DNA of 64,000 nucleotides from Albugo candida (GCA_040437565.1 JBDOQK010000065.1:1-64000), one strand, 5' to 3'; shown: positions 1 through 14,396, counted from the stretch's first letter. Notes: generated by a model from the sequence alone, not told the origin. Numbers and translations are program-made.

Positions 1-230
1 ACTGACCCAGCACACCTCGGTCTGTCAACGCTGGTACAGACACATGTTTCTTGTCCAGGCACATGTAACACCTCTGTTACCTTGACTGTGCGGCCATTTC
101 TGAGTATAAATCGTACTGCGCCTGTTCGTGTGCCTGTAACTACTGTCCATTCGCCACAGTGATGCAAGTTGGGGTACTTAAATCTTCATATTCCACTAAT
201 TCACGCTTGTCATCAGCTGAAGGTGTCTAT
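1..230 (-). mobile_element. Ty1/copia pol relic (post-protease / pre-integrase region), runs off the window edge
   Basis: Minus-strand translation with a stop and a frameshift reads DKRELVEYEDLSTPTCITVANGQ*LQA...VRFILRNGRTVKVTEVLHVPG...ALTDRG, matching the copia 'ITVANG...V.L..VL.VPGL' segment. Confidence 0.6.
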
Positions 231-1049
231 ATTACTAGAATTAGACGAACTGACTTCTCTAGTTGCCTAGGCTATCTTAAATAACATATATACATATAAA
301 AAACGTTTCGTGAAATACCTGTGAGATAAGATAATATGTCTTTTCGTTGATAATCTCGTATCGCAGTAGCCTCAGCACCCTCAGTACGAGACTGTGTCCA
401 GCTTGTAAATGCTGTAAAGATGTAAAGTTGTAAAGTTGTAAAAATGGTCCAAAAGTAACGTGATTTGCAAATTGGTGTGCACCACACTAGGCGGAACAAT
501 CCCATCCAACTAGGACTAGGATCTAAGTTGCACTTGCATCTTGAGTTGTCTGTGCCGTACCCGCAGTAATGATCTTTGGCTTCTGAAAATCCATCAAATG
601 ATCCTTGCGTTGCGAGTTGTTTAAAAACTTTAGCAAGCGAATGCGTTCCTCTTGGTCGTAACACTGTCTTCGAAAGTACCCGGTCGTGTGCACTAAACTT
701 GGTGTAGATCACGGAAAGTGCTGCAACTGTCGGAGTTGCTGATCACTGATAGAACAAATGACGATTCCGATCTGTCCAGATGAAGTGCAGTGTCACCGCT
801 TGCAATGAAAGCCTTAAATCTGATATAATTGCTAAATATTCTTTCCAATCCGACCGTAGTGTTGGTACGATTGCACATGCAATATGCGTCCACGGTGGTC
901 GAGAGGAGTATAAATGATCCCAACTAGGGAGTAACTCCCTCCATAACTGNNNNNNNNNNNNNNNNNNNNNNNNNNNNNNNNNNNNNNNNNNNNNNNNNNN
1001 NNNNNNNNNNNNNNNNNNNNNNNNNNNNNNNNNNNNNNNNNNNNNNNNN

Positions 1050-1242
1050 CCACACTTGCAGTTGCCTTTTGGTCACCCTGTGACGAGGCAACGACAGTAC
1101 CGCATGGACCACCGGTACCACATCCGACACCGGTAGTACCGGTATTAACCTGGACCGTCACACTGGGGGTGGGGGTACTTTCCACGTCAGCACAAGTGGA
1201 CACTAGCACCCTGGGTTGTGTCGATATGTAGACTTGAGCCAT
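1050..1242 (-). CDS. 5' fragment of an unknown Thr/Val/Gly-rich protein, cut by a gap
   Basis: ATG at 1242 (MAQVYISTQPRV...) is preceded by a pyrimidine-rich Inr-like stretch. No recognisable family. Confidence 0.25.
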
Positions 1243-2000
1243 TGTTTTCGAGAGGAAAGAGTTGAAAAAAGTAGTTTTTCGAGTTGTTTTGTACTAAATT
1301 GGTGGGTTACAGAGTAGCCGGCAAATTGAGAAGTATCTGTGCTTTTCAACTAATTAGGAGGTCCTTTGTGCGCTCGAGGTTGCGACAGCACAAAAAAGCA
1401 CCCTCTAAAGACACCTCTTCGATTGCACCAATGAAGAATAATTTTTTTCTTGCGATCTGCATTGAAATCCACACAAGCTTGTATTACGGTCAATCTACGA
1501 GTGGCAAAATGAATACAGCTCAGGAAAAGCAGGCTAACGCGAATAATTCCCCTGCTTATTATGATCCACAATTCGATAATTTCCTTCGTTTCGGTGGGCA
1601 TTATTGACAGAAAAATTCACGCACTTTTGATGGAGACTATTGAAAATGATTGAATCGCGCACCATTTCATCCGATATATGTTGTCATTTAATAAGAAGAA
1701 ATAAAGGAAACTTACAAAACAAGACATTCGGGCAGTTAACTTTTTCTTTGTCCCAAACACAATACCTGTTACATCACAAAATCAGTCTCTTGTCTGAGAC
1801 ATGGCAACATGATCCGGTGAAAACTCACTCTCTTCATTGGAATTGATTCCATTTCTATCAGCCTACGAGTTTATTAGCAATCATTTCAATAAAAATGGTG
1901 GCCATTGATCGCAAAAACGCTTAGGATTAGCCGTTTCTTTCGTTTCCATCCACACAGCTTCGCTCATTTCATGACAATGAATCTTACTTTCATGATCAAA

Positions 2001-2060
2001 CATCAAGTTTTAGTCCTTTACAAAAAAATACATCAAGTTTTAGTCCTTTACAAAAAAATA
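2001..2060. repeat. Perfect 30-bp tandem duplication
   Basis: catcaagttttagtcctttacaaaaaaata occurs twice, at 2001-2030 and 2031-2060. Confidence 0.95.
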
Positions 2061-2069
2061 TATAGTAGT

Positions 2070-5000
2070 GCTTCCTTGCAAAAGACTAACGCGATTGCTG
2101 AGAGCAATGACAGTATCAATTGAGACGAAGAAGTGACAGCTTCGACCACTTCAGCGAGAACGCCATAAATGAGTGCGTGGGTCTCGCTAATATGCGATAA
2201 AGGCTAGGCTCAATGTCTCCCGGTTCTGAGAGTTGAGTCATGATCACATGTCGGAGTCCCAAGCCGTTATAAGCTGTGATTGGTCCGACAAGTGGGGCAA
2301 GTCTTACATTTCCACTCTCTGCTGCGAGCTCAGCAGCTTCCGTAGTATGACATTTTCGCAAGTGCTGTATGATGGATTGTGCCGACATGTCTTTATTGTG
2401 ACACGGCTCTTCCTAAAGCAAATCGATAGTGGTTTCCATCCATCTCGAAATTGCTATCTGACGCAAATCGACTGAGGGGTCATATCGAGAGTAACAACGT
2501 CCGATGCATCATTACGTACTGCTGGCACCCCTAAACCATCATCCGACAACTCTCTTAACCCCACAAAGCATGTAAGAGTTTCCAAAGTACCACGATATGA
2601 CGCTCACGTTTAGGACTCTGTCAAGCTCACGAGTCTCTATGTTGTTCCATGACAGTGCAGTACTGTTGTAAAGAGTGAGTGACACTAATTCTTGAAGCAA
2701 TTTGAAATTGCGGACTTGGACACTTATCATTTCCGTGGTACAATGTGTTGGTGTCACCATTTTGTAACGCTGACGCAGTAGCGCTCGAGAAAGCAGTACA
2801 TTTGTAATGCAGCTCAATTGCATCACGCAACCTGGGACATCTCGCAGTATTGTTTGATTCGAATTGCAAAAAAGAGTGCGATCAACACAATTGCGTACGA
2901 CGGATTGGATTCAAATGTTTTAGAGAATGCGATCCGTTTGCCACAATATGCCAATTCACCTCGACGCTTCCACAGAATGAACGAGCCATAAAGAGTCCGT
3001 TATCATTTTGGCAGAGTACGTTATCAGCAAACATCCCACTCACACTGTTTGACGCAGCAGTGCTCGCTTGTACATATATGGGTGATAGCTTTTCTGGCAC
3101 AAGTTCGTAGCGTGCTCCTATGCTTTCGCTTTTGTACGAGATAAACTTGACCATTTTAGAAGGGTCAGAATTCTCATCCTCCGGCTCATGATGACTGTAG
3201 TATTCTCTCAAGGGATTCCACTATATCATGCCTTATTCAAAAAATGCTCACTCTCAAAGGAGTCCATTTGCAGAGTCACGGACAGACATATCCATCACAG
3301 ACTTCTTTATCATTGTCTGATGCTGTTCAATCTGCGTTGTATGCTTATCCGTTTGCAACAGGCACGTTATCGGTGGAATGGCCAGTTTGAGTCACTTTTG
3401 TGGAAAGCCGACAGATGAAGCCATATAATGATCCATTGCAATTTCCAAAGTCTTCTCACTATATGTCGGTGAAGCGTCTCTTCTCTGACCGCTACTTCAT
3501 CCATTACTGTATCTTCTTTGTTGTCTTTGATCCCACAACGACTGAAATGCTATACTCGGAATTGCCATATTCTAAGTTTTGCGCAATGATCAATAAACTC
3601 TGCATCGATATCGTTTGGCCATTGTATTACGCGTTCTTCATATCGTTTTACCGCAATCGAATCCTTTAAGCTTAATGGAAATACCCCCAAAGGCTCCATA
3701 TTCACTGGCATATCGATCCCCTCCCTGAGCAGATGCTTCTCCTTATCTTTCTACACCATAATCTCATTCTTCTCGAATGTCACATGTTCATCAAGATTCA
3801 GGTTCCGAATGTCTGTGAGCCCAATCACTCCACCGACTCAAGTTTGTGACCGCCCACAGTGAATGATCTGACTTATGCCAATTATTAGTCGCTCATTCGA
3901 CAGATGCGGTCGTAAGGAGGAACATTGTCTGAATCTGACACGTCAGACAGACTTTACTTTGGTTCTTTGAGGTAAGCATCGTTGCTGTCACGCATTGTCG
4001 ATGACAAGAACTCGTTATATGGCAGAAATTTGTTCGAATCTCGAAGTTTACATGAGAGGATCCCATTCTCTTTTTCCGATGTACTTTTCGATTTGTTATC
4101 GTCGGCAACAATTGTGTCAATAACGTCACCATTTTGTAGTTGCAGCGATTTTCCAACCGTTTCTGGGTGTCCTCGAAGTCAAGTACTTTTTCACGGTAGA
4201 CGCATACAATCTGTTGAGCGAAATGCTCCCTACCATGCTTTGTAATGCGATTCTTCGTATCGTCCAATTTTTCATAAAGGGACACGCCAAGCGAGAATAA
4301 AGAATTCTCTGCGCCATGCTGAGTCGCATTCGGCCATTTGGTTAAAGCGTCTGCGACGATCGCCGGAACCTTTTCGACAATTCTATCCGCATGCTTCATG
4401 GCATTGCTACTGTCGATGATTTGATTTCTTCCAAGATCTTTATTATTGTGAGCCGAGCAGAAGATAATCAAGAGTGTTTCTCACATGACACGTCCTCGCA
4501 GACGTCGATGCTGAAGCTGAGGATGAATACAGTATCTTGGTCTTGGGAGTTTCGTATAGCCGTCCACGAAAGTACGACGCACAAAGCGCACATCGAGACG
4601 CGCTCTTAAAGTGGAGACGCGATGCGGATGATGGTGTACTGATAGATCCAGGTGTTTCAAATCCAAATCTACAGCAAAGGAATGCCCTCTGTCGACAAGT
4701 GATTTGAACCTACTTTTATCGCTTGATCGTCGAGTGCGGCTTTGACGGTCTGATCCATTAAAACATCTCCATATGACCCAGAGCCATAGGGATTGATATC
4801 GGATGCAGCAATCAGTTCAGTCGGTTGGGTGATGGAGACCATATTGTTCTGACCAGGAGTATTCCCATATGTGTCACTGCCAAAGTTAGTGAACGCGGAC
4901 GGAGCGGTACATTCAGGTACAGGTACAGTTGACCCAGACCAAAACCCGAATTACTCGTACTTGCTCTAAATGCCGATCCGCTGCCTAAGTCGAAACTGCC

Positions 5001-6716
5001 AGCGCCAAATCCCGATCCAGACCCAGTATTTGTACCTGAGCCACCAAAAATACTAGAATTGCCATTCGTATTCGTATTCGTTGAACTGAACAGACTTTGC
5101 GGCATGAAGCAAGTTTTTTGTATTGTTTGCCGTCGCATTTGATTGATTGCCAAACCCTCCTAAGCCTGTATTCGCCCCCCCCCATCATTCACGACCTGCC
5201 TCTGAGAGACGGTGTCGGGCTGAAAGTAGACGGGTTTGGGTAGCATCGAAAATGCCAAATGTGTGTGTGAATTGGAAGGGGTTATTGTTGGTACTCGTTG
5301 CTACAAGCTACAATGTATTTTCAGAGGCTCCACAAAAGAATCCAATATTGTTACTGGCTGCAGATATCGACATACTTGTACCGAAGCACCCGCAAATGCG
5401 GTTTTCCAAATATTGAACCGGTAGCACAAAATCCAGCGCTTGTACTAGTGCTTTAGCTTCAACTCACACCGGATACAAGTTTTCGACTCGTACAGCCCGT
5501 ACCTGTCGGCTGTGTTGCCTGGTTTCCGACCGTATTGCCAAACGCCCTAGTCGAGGTCCCAATCGTTCTAGATGATCCAAACCACCGGATGTAGCGCCAA
5601 ACGGCTGATGCGAAGTGGTAGTAGTACGAAATGCATTTCACGATGCACCAAACTCTCCGCTTGGCGCAGCTGGTTGCGCATGAAAATAAAGACGATCAAA
5701 ACTGCCAAAACATGACGTTGCTTGAGCTCGAAAACAACTTGACGTCGGCGTCGTAGACCCAATTATCGTTGATGTACCCCCGAACGCGCTGGTGTTGGTA
5801 TTTTCAAATAAGATATTACCGGTTGATTGACCGGCGCCAAATCCTCCGACATTTAGTGCTTGTGCTCCAAACGTATTGGAAGTAGTTGCAACAGAAGGCG
5901 TACTGAGCTGAGCGGCGGCAGCCGCGACCATAGGATTACTAAGTAATCTTCGTACGTAATCCTTTGACAGATTTAACATTCTACTCATTCATCCGACTAA
6001 TGAAAATGTAATTCGAGCTTCCTGCTGCAGTGACTTTCCGTGTACGCTGAAGAAGACGAATTCCAGTTCCGATTTTATTAGTAGCGCCCATCATAATGAT
6101 TCCATAATCTCCAGCCAAAGTCCCAAATCCAGACACTGCAGTAGTTCCACATCCAAATGGGCTCTTATTAGTGCCAAATGCTCCACTACCGAATGCATTT
6201 GTCGTACTCCAAACTTATTCGTTCCCGTCTGTGTGATAGGTATACTTAATGTGTTTCTGAACGCACTTACAAATCCGTAAAGTACTCTGATTCGCTCTAA
6301 ACACGCTGCGTTTCCAAAAAGACTTTTAGCTATTGTCTTTGCAAAAGACGAAGCTGTTGGGATCATACTGCCAAACCCCTTGTTCCCGTGCTAAAACCAG
6401 TGGATGTAGATCCATATCCAGTCCCGCATTTATTTCAAAACCGCTCGTTGGGCTTTCAGATACGCCCGAATTCGATCCAAACGCATTTGTTGTCGATAAA
6501 GTGCTTTCAAATGTACTAAAGCGGAAGATGGCTGACGTTTGGATGCGTTTAAGAAAGCAGAAATACCAAATTGAGTTTGTGGTTGCTCCTCAACCAAAGC
6601 TTTCGGTTGTTGGTGCGTCGAAAGGAGAGCGTGACGCATTGTTTGCACCTTCAAATGCGAACGAGTTATTGCCTGTTGTCTGATTTTGTATTTGTAGCCC
6701 CAAAGCCAATTGACAT
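2070..6716 (-). pseudogene. NUP98: Nup98-Nup96 nucleoporin precursor pseudogene, copy 1
   Basis: In order on the minus strand: FG repeats; GLEBS remnant (~5940-6080); 'AASDINPYGSGSYG'; autopeptidase domain ending WQFRV*HFSRCG (HFS at 3541-3549); Nup96 motifs DNGLFMARSF and EAAELAAESGNVRLA. Many stops and frameshifts. Confidence 0.9.
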
Positions 6717-7739
6717 TATGACAAAAGACACCAATCAATGAGAGAAAACGTTTATCAGTCCATTTCAACGAATGAGTCGCTGGTAATCGGACTTAAGCGA
6801 CGAGAGTTTGTGCACTTTTAAGGAAGTGTGGTGTTTTACCTGTGATGTAATATTTTGATACTTATTTGTAATTTACATACAAGCAAATCTGTCCAACACG
6901 TATTTAATGTTACGATTCTTCTCCTTCGTATTTTTTTCCAAGGGGTTTGGCTGACTACGGGTACTGGTTTCGGTAGTTGTACTGACTGGTATAATGCGAA
7001 TAACTGATAGTGATGCTGATACCGGCACAAACGAATTAATCAGGAGATCTTGGTACATTCAGGTAATGTGGTGCAATTCAGTGGATAAAGAGATCGTTTG
7101 AACAGCCTCATGTTGATCCACTCGTTGGTTAGGCGATCGTGGGCTCACATTTATCTATGTGAGTTGATGACAGCTTCCACAAAGTGCGCGGCAACGGATA
7201 TGACCCACAAGGAAAAATCATTTGCTTTAGTACAAGCAGAGATGATTGAGAGTGCACTATCATATTTGTGAGCGCTAATCGTGTGACATTGCCTGCATCG
7301 CATTCGAATCAATCTGCCACGCCTACAATGCGTTCATAGTATTTAGCATTTGAATACTGTGTTCAACCGTGCAGATGCAGCGTCACGGATGTTTCATTTA
7401 GTGAAATGGAAGATTTATCATGTAGGTTATTGACAATGGCAAGACTGCTGGCGGGTATCTGTATTCGTGAATAAGTTTTTAACAGTTTTTGATATCAGCA
7501 GTGTGATATAAATGCAATACATGATACGTTTGACACCGATTTTGCGCATAATTACCCCAGGTAAAAGCACGCGCCCAGATAGTTTCACATTCGTTCTGAG
7601 TAGAATAGATGGCATTACTCGATATCATGAAACAGAGGAAAACGAGCTGCTGACAACTGAAAGGAAAGGAACAACGCACCCTGACCCTACTATACTGTAT
7701 TTCAGCTATCTAATGAGATAGGATAGAAAATATTCCAGT

Positions 7740-10039
7740 TATAGCACATAGCGATTCCACCCGGCGATACATAAAATTGTACATCCACTCGTAAGCTGAC
7801 AACCAGCACGTACCGTTCCATTCACTGCATTGCACCCACGACATCTGGATCGGACTCTGATCCCAATAAAACGATCTGATTCTGAGAATCGGCGTTCATG
7901 ACCATCCTTCGAAGGATGTTTGACTTCTCCAAAAGAAAGAAATGTGAATGTCGAAAATGAAATTCTATGTCAAAAGCGAGGACGAGCTTGCAAATCAAGT
8001 TGATCGATCATCACACTAAACTGACACAGATCCATTGCTACGACAGTTTGCCCGACACTGACCCCTGCAGTCACGTTTATCGCAATCGTTGTTGACGTTA
8101 TTCCTAGGACGCCGATCACAACGGGCATAGCTCCACTGAGTGCCTCAGCAACCACTGTGGCCGTTTGACCTACTTTGACAGATGCATTTCCAGGCTTATC
8201 CATTGTGATTTTCTCCCGTCTATCTGACAAGTGCTTCCAATTTTACTGATAAAAGAGAACGGTTAAAGTAGGGGTAGTTGCAGGGACACGTTTTCTTGGC
8301 GTCGTGTGGAAGTGATCGAAATGTTAGCAAGACGCAATAGTTGAAAGTAATGTACGTTTTGGTATATGGAGTATTCGAGTCCATTGCTGACGGTTTAGTC
8401 CCAACGGTTGCGTATACGAGCTGGGATCTTGCATGTTGTAAGCATACTTTGCGTTCTTGAAGTGCCCGATTTTTGTAAGTTGATCTGCTTCCCCGTATAC
8501 ACCGTACACTGTGTACTTGATCACGCTGAGAGCATCTTCTCCACAGCGAAGTTGCATTAGATTGCATGCTTGTGAAACGTCCCATTGGATGCAAATTTTC
8601 CAATGGATACGCTCTTAGAGGGTACGTAATCCGTTCTCTCGTCTTCTTCATTCTTTGCATTATCTCCGTCAGTGTCTCTGATTCCTTTACCTATGTCTTT
8701 TTCAAAAAACGCAGTCTTAACTCTGTCGAAACGTTTCTCTCGTCTTACGTTTTGAACTGCTCCTGTCGGTACTGAGTTTGAGTTTGCCCTGCTCATTTCT
8801 ACCCAAGTTTTCGATTTCGCACCCTTGCGTTCAATAGTGGGCAAAGCTGCAAAAGTGATGCCTTCGACGATTGGCTCGGGCGTACACGCGAACGTACATA
8901 TCGCTGGATCTGCATTCCTACCTTGAATGCATCTTCAACCGTTCGACCCATATTAATATACGTTTTGCTTTCCTTTCCGAGTATTCGGTATCCTCAAAGG
9001 CTACATCGCTCTTTACACGACGTAAGGCGATAACATAGACGCAAGCGACTAATTTCCATTCGCTCATAGGCAATAGCGTAAAATGACCTGAATATTCATC
9101 GAACATCCCCATCCCTTCTTCTGACATAGCTTCTCTCGATGAGTCATCACGAACAAGTGACCACGACCATGACAGCTGGTTACCAACCGAATCTACTTGG
9201 CATTTTTACACCCAACTTCTACGGAAACAAACCGCTCAGTTGAATCCCCTCACGCTCAAGCATTCCACGTCATGTTTCCAGCTTGTTTCATTGCTTTACC
9301 AGCGAATGTCACCGGCGTATCGGTCAACAAAGTTTGTGAGGCTTCCGCTTCACCCAATCCGCCTTGTAATATGGTGGTTTCTGAATGTTTACAAAATTAA
9401 AAGCGCTTGGACCAAAATCAAGCGTCAACAACAAACCTGTTTGCTTTAACTGATACATTCCTACAGGTTCATACGTTTCGCTGGTAAGGCTATGATACGA
9501 TTTTGCAGCGTTAAGTGATATCTTATCCCCGCGCACTTCAATTGGCGACTGCCAATTCCTATTACACAATAAGTGTGAGACTGCGTTTGGAAAAAAGAGA
9601 GAAGGCCGATACAATATCTTTTTTTTGCGTCTATTTTGCCAGCTGCTTTATTGAGTTACTGCTCAAGGTCACGCGAGAGTGCTTGGATCTCCTTTTCTTC
9701 TTCAATAGAGCGCTGAATTTATCCAATTGGCTCTCGCGCTGATTCTCATACAAAAGATGGAACGAGGATTGAGGATTGATTGATAGCGACACGCTTCCCT
9801 GGAGGGGTTAAGATTCTTCGGATGGAATTGCAATGGCAGGAGCTGATTCGGCTTTTTGGACACTCGACCAAAGCCGCTTCGTTGAGTTGAGGGTCCAATT
9901 CGATCGCTTTGTCTGTGGAACCTTATTTGCTCGTGGCAAGCTACAAGAACTCGCGTATGTTCATGATAGCGATTCTTTTTTGTGCTGCTTTTGTGATGAG
10001 ACAAGAGCCAACCAGGTTTGTTTTAAGGAACAAAAACAT
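7740..10039 (-). pseudogene. Decayed gene or genes, possibly secreted/CCG-like at the 5' end
   Basis: Chain of minus-strand ORF pieces (7970-8230, 8324-8557, 8557-8844, 8918-9127, 9324-9614). Hydrophobic start MFLFLKTNLVGSCLITKA at ATG 10039, an 'ACHE' remnant, and later Cys residues. Boundaries are approximate. Confidence 0.3.
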
Positions 10040-10299
10040 TATATAGCAAAGCAGAGTAAAACATAAAGTAAATGTGTGCTTCAGAATGGTAGCTAAACAA
10101 GCCGTTGCAGTTGAAAAGTAGTAGAATACCAATTACGCATTCGTTTACCATGACACTCATTCAGGACGAAGCGGGGATGCTATCATCCATAGCTAGAACA
10201 AGACATCAGATTACCAGTGTTTGATAACCATCAAGGAATGAGTTTATTGTATGGTGGTTATATTTTCTGCCGGTAATAGAAGGTCTGAGCAAAGAAAGC

Positions 10300-10755
10300 C
10301 TTTTGTAGGAGCTATCTGACGCTTGTGTACCGACTTGGATCCAAGAAAATATCAACGAAGCTGTTATTTCTTCGTCTGACTATGAAAGTTAGAAGCGGAG
10401 GATTCCGTATCTGATTCCTCCGAGTTAAGGAGTAATTGCAACGGACTTGACTTCCCGATATAAAGTCCCTCATTGATCTCCTTAATTATATGTAATGCTT
10501 GATCTGGAGTTATTTCTCCTGTGGTACATGACTTGGAGCTTAGCTTTTAGCTACGAATGGAGATCATGCTATAATACCTCGTTTCATTTTAGCTTGCATG
10601 TCCATTAACTTAGGTCGAAAGTTTTCCTTCAATTTTTTATTAAGATCATTCATAATTTTTTTATCCTCACCTGACTGTGCATTTTTACACAACACTGGGT
10701 GCTGCCAAGCCGAGTAGAGACAAATGGATGCTACAATTGCCAATCTTTGAGGCAT
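10300..10755 (-). pseudogene. Decayed secreted-protein gene
   Basis: Signal-peptide-like MPQRLAIVASICLYSAWQHPVLC from ATG 10755, with an early stop at 10564. The 3' end is uncertain. Confidence 0.35.
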
Positions 10756-11029
10756 GATTCGAAGACGTCTTATCAATAAGTTTACGTGATGCGAGTAGTG
10801 GAGAGCGTATTGGAAAATAAAGCGATAATGCAGTCAAAGTTACTTTCTTTGTGAAATGAATAGTTGGACACGCGAGACGTTCCAATTTTTTGGCGATTGG
10901 AGCCCTCATTTGGCAAGTACAGTGAACCTGTATAATGTTATCGCTGAAATGAAATGCAAGGTGGACGCTACAACTTTGGACAGATTGGAACCTCGACATT
11001 CGACGACATCTATTGATTATGTGCTACGT

Positions 11030-12564
11030 TATTGATACATGAAAGGATCAGTCTGAGTATATCGATATAACAGACAACCGAAACGCCAAGAGCGTGAATA
11101 ACCAGCAAAAAGAGCTCTGTAGACTGAGACCGCAGTAATCTCCCCAGTTTGGTAAAGTCCAGCTTTTAATTCCCTTGCGTTTCTGATAAACCCTAGCCGA
11201 GGTTGTTTTTGAATTCCTTTGCAATTCAATCCAACGCTACTCCCCAGGATACCTGATGTAGTCCAACACATCTTCCTTCATTTTCTTTAATATTTCAGCG
11301 CTTTTCCTTCACCTTTGTCATGAGTCCCCAGAGGTGTCTTCTGGATTCCCTAAAGATACTATTTCACAGGTTCGCTGGTACAATACAGCCCACCTTCACT
11401 AGTTTATAATACACTTCGATGCTATTCACTTAGCACTCTAATGAACACGAACACTTTTACATTACCATTTCTATGATCTCGAGCAAGAATTCTTCGGCTT
11501 TCTTCGGCTTTCTTCGGCTTTCTTCCAACTTCAAATCCAACGCTATTCCCCTGGCTATCGGATGGAATACAAGCCGTCTTCTTTCGTTTTCTGATCAAGT
11601 CGAATCTTTTCCCTTAGATCCCTGATAAGCTCCCACGCATGCCCTTACTTCTCTGATGAAACCCAACACTGGTCCCTTACGTTCTTGGATAGGTACCACC
11701 ATATGAAAGTTTCTATGTTACCCGTCACATGATAGACATTAAATAGTGTGTGTACGTACGTATTTTTCCTAAGAACATGACGAGGGAAACGCTTTTGTTA
11801 AATATGCAGAAATAAAAACGAAGTGAATAGCATAATCCACATACTCGTGTGTTTTCGACAACAGTAGAAATAAAGCGAAGGATCAATCGATTGTAGCACT
11901 TCAACCGAATACCGAAACATGGTTCAGCTTGCTGTTGCCTTACTCTCGCCATCGTTTCTTACGAAGAATAGACGCTCCGAACAAACAAACGACTCGATTT
12001 TTACATTCCATCAGCATTTTGGCATCGCAAGCGGTTGTCTTGATCTTCGCATAGCTTTCCCAAGTTGTAACTTTTGGTAGTTCTAATTAAAATTGAAACC
12101 ACCTTTTGAGAAAACGGGGAGCTGACGCATCCAAAATGGTCTTCTTGAGTTTCAGATCGTAAACACGAGAAAGGTGAAGAAATTCTTTGAGTGACGTTAT
12201 TATACTACATCCATCACTCATCTCGTAACTTCCACTACACAGGGCTAAGAGGTTTTACTTTAAGCCATCAAACGGTTTGCCGGTCAAGTTATATTCTTCT
12301 GTCTTTTTTTAGATCGATCAGCCGGCATTCTCCACAACAGTAGAGTCATTAAAGTCGACACCATAGCTATTTACGAGGTATCAGAATCACAATGGAATTA
12401 ACAAGATCGTGAGTGGCTGCTGTCCACGTCGAGGCGATGAGCTGCGTCAGTACTCTGTCATACCTTTTCAGACGCTCTTGTGTCCTCAGCTGACTTGATG
12501 CATATGTGTAACCAAAAAGGCAAACAAATGCAGGGCTGAAAAATAATGTGTTGGAATTGACCAT
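11030..12564 (-). pseudogene. Decayed secreted protein, CCG-effector-like
   Basis: Signal-peptide-like MVNSNTLFFSPAFVCLFGYTYASS. Downstream frames give DFNDSTVVENAG and RCQ(K)C(L)MECKNRVVC remnants. Internal degenerate repeat near 11220 and 11530. An LTR is inserted about 10 bp upstream of the ATG. Confidence 0.35.
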
Positions 12565-12573
12565 CTGGGGGAC

Positions 12574-14250
12574 TGTTGGTGTGATTTGTGACAGATGGCG
12601 CCGGCTGACGAATGTGTCAGTTTTGCATGGATGATGAGTGCGGTTGTTACTGATGTCACTTCAGCATAGTGTAGCCAGCACGATTGCGTATGAGAAGAGG
12701 AGCTGAAAAGATATCGGAAAGGTCGAAAGGTCGGTAGTTTAACAAGATATTAATCAGTATTAAATTTTATCTCGTAGTTGACCTGTTTCTTTGTCTGACG
12801 ACAGGTTATTAGCCCAAGAGGTTCAGACAGGGGAAGTGATGACGGCTCGCAGCCGCCATCACAGAATGTCGTCTACGAGACAGTTGTCACATCTTCAGCG
12901 CGCGTGGATTTTGCCTCTGGTGCTCATGGATCGGGCGAAGCTACAATGTGATTGCGAAGATACTCGCCGCACTGGAGGATCTCCAAGACCGTCTGGGGTG
13001 AGTGGAAGTCTCTCAGGTTAGTCAGGACGAAGAAGATCGATGCAAGGTGTCATTGAAACTGGCATCTTTGGTAGTGCACTCGGACGAAATTTCGATGCGT
13101 CGCGCATGAGAGCTGGTGCGCTTTATTACACGCCGCTGAGGCGTGGTCATATATATGAAAGTCCGGCGCAGCCGAATTTTGCACAACACCAATACAACCT
13201 GGAAAGAGAGACGCGCATTGAGCAGCGGAACGGGGCATATAATGAGCAGTACCACCTCAAATTCCCCTGCCGCAGCCTCTGCAGATGCCGCTGTTGATGC
13301 ACCGGCAGCAAGTTCCCTAGCCCCCCAATATTGGTCAGTGTCCATGTTCATTTCGTGTACCGGACACACGTCAGCGAAAGCTTGGCATACGTTTTTTCGA
13401 TGGAAAAGAGCTGTACCAAGGACTTGGGTCTGGTTTTTCGGACTCGGGAAGAAGTTTTCTTCGACAAGTCAACCTTGCTCAGCTCGCATGTGGTTTTCAG
13501 TGGAGCGAAGAGATTAAAGCAGATCTGCTGGGACACTANNNNNNNNNNNNNNNNNNNNNNNNNNNNNNNNNNNNNNNNNNNNNNNNNNNNNNNNNNNNNN
13601 NNNNNNNNNNNNNNNNNNNNNNNNNNNNNNNNNNNNNNGCAGTACCACCTCAAATTCCCCTGCCGCAGCCTCTGCAGATGCCGCTGTTGATGCACCGGCA
13701 GCAAGTTCCCTAGCCCCCCAATATTGGTCAGTGTCCATGTTCATTTCGTGTACCGGACACACGTCAGCGAAAGCTTGGCATACGTTTTTTCGATGGAAAA
13801 GAGCTGTACCAAGGACTTGGGTCTGGTTTTTCGGACTCGGGAAGAAGTTTTCTTCGACAAGTCAACCTTGCTCAGCTCGCATGTGGTTTTCAGTGGAGCG
13901 AAGAGATTAAAGCAGATCTGCTGGGACACTATCTTAGTGGAATAGCCGAACGGTACTTCAATAAGCAACTTGAGGCATGGTGGCTTGAGAATCATACGCT
14001 TTCAGCACTCCATGAAGAGACTAGACTAGACGTTCAAGGCAACGATAACTCCAGCGTTGTCAATGAAGTTGCTGGTAAGTAGGAAGGACCCGAAGAGATC
14101 ATGGCCAGAGCACTACCTTTATTTGGTATCTGTTATTGACGCGTGTGGAGGTACCGAATCTCTTGTGCTGGACAGTGTGTTACAGTATGCTTCAAGTGAG
14201 CTGCGCACTGTTATGATGGCTAAGTATGGTCACACCCGTACTGACTATAA
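12574..14250 (+). mobile_element. Truncated Ty1/copia LTR retrotransposon: 5' LTR (~12574-12803), PBS, gag relic
   Basis: The LTR starts tgttgg and ends ...aca, followed by ggttattagccca (copia-type PBS). Gag reads FDGKELYQGLGSGF...QVNLAQLACGFQWSEEIKADLLGHYLSG and RSWPEHYLYLVSV.DACGG...AKY. Confidence 0.8.
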
Positions 14251-14396
14251 AATTGCCTTCCTCCCGGTGGATGGTACAGTAAACTGATCGGGTCCTGTCG
14301 CGGCAAGCAAGTGAAAGTCGTGACCGGGGCAATTCCACCAAGTCTACTTGATGGAAGCTGATATTACGTTGACTGACACAGAGACCATAGATTTGG

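Noticed and set aside
13246..13929. Apparent direct repeat in copia gag
   Set aside because: Identical sequence on both sides of a 100-N gap; contig-overlap artefact.
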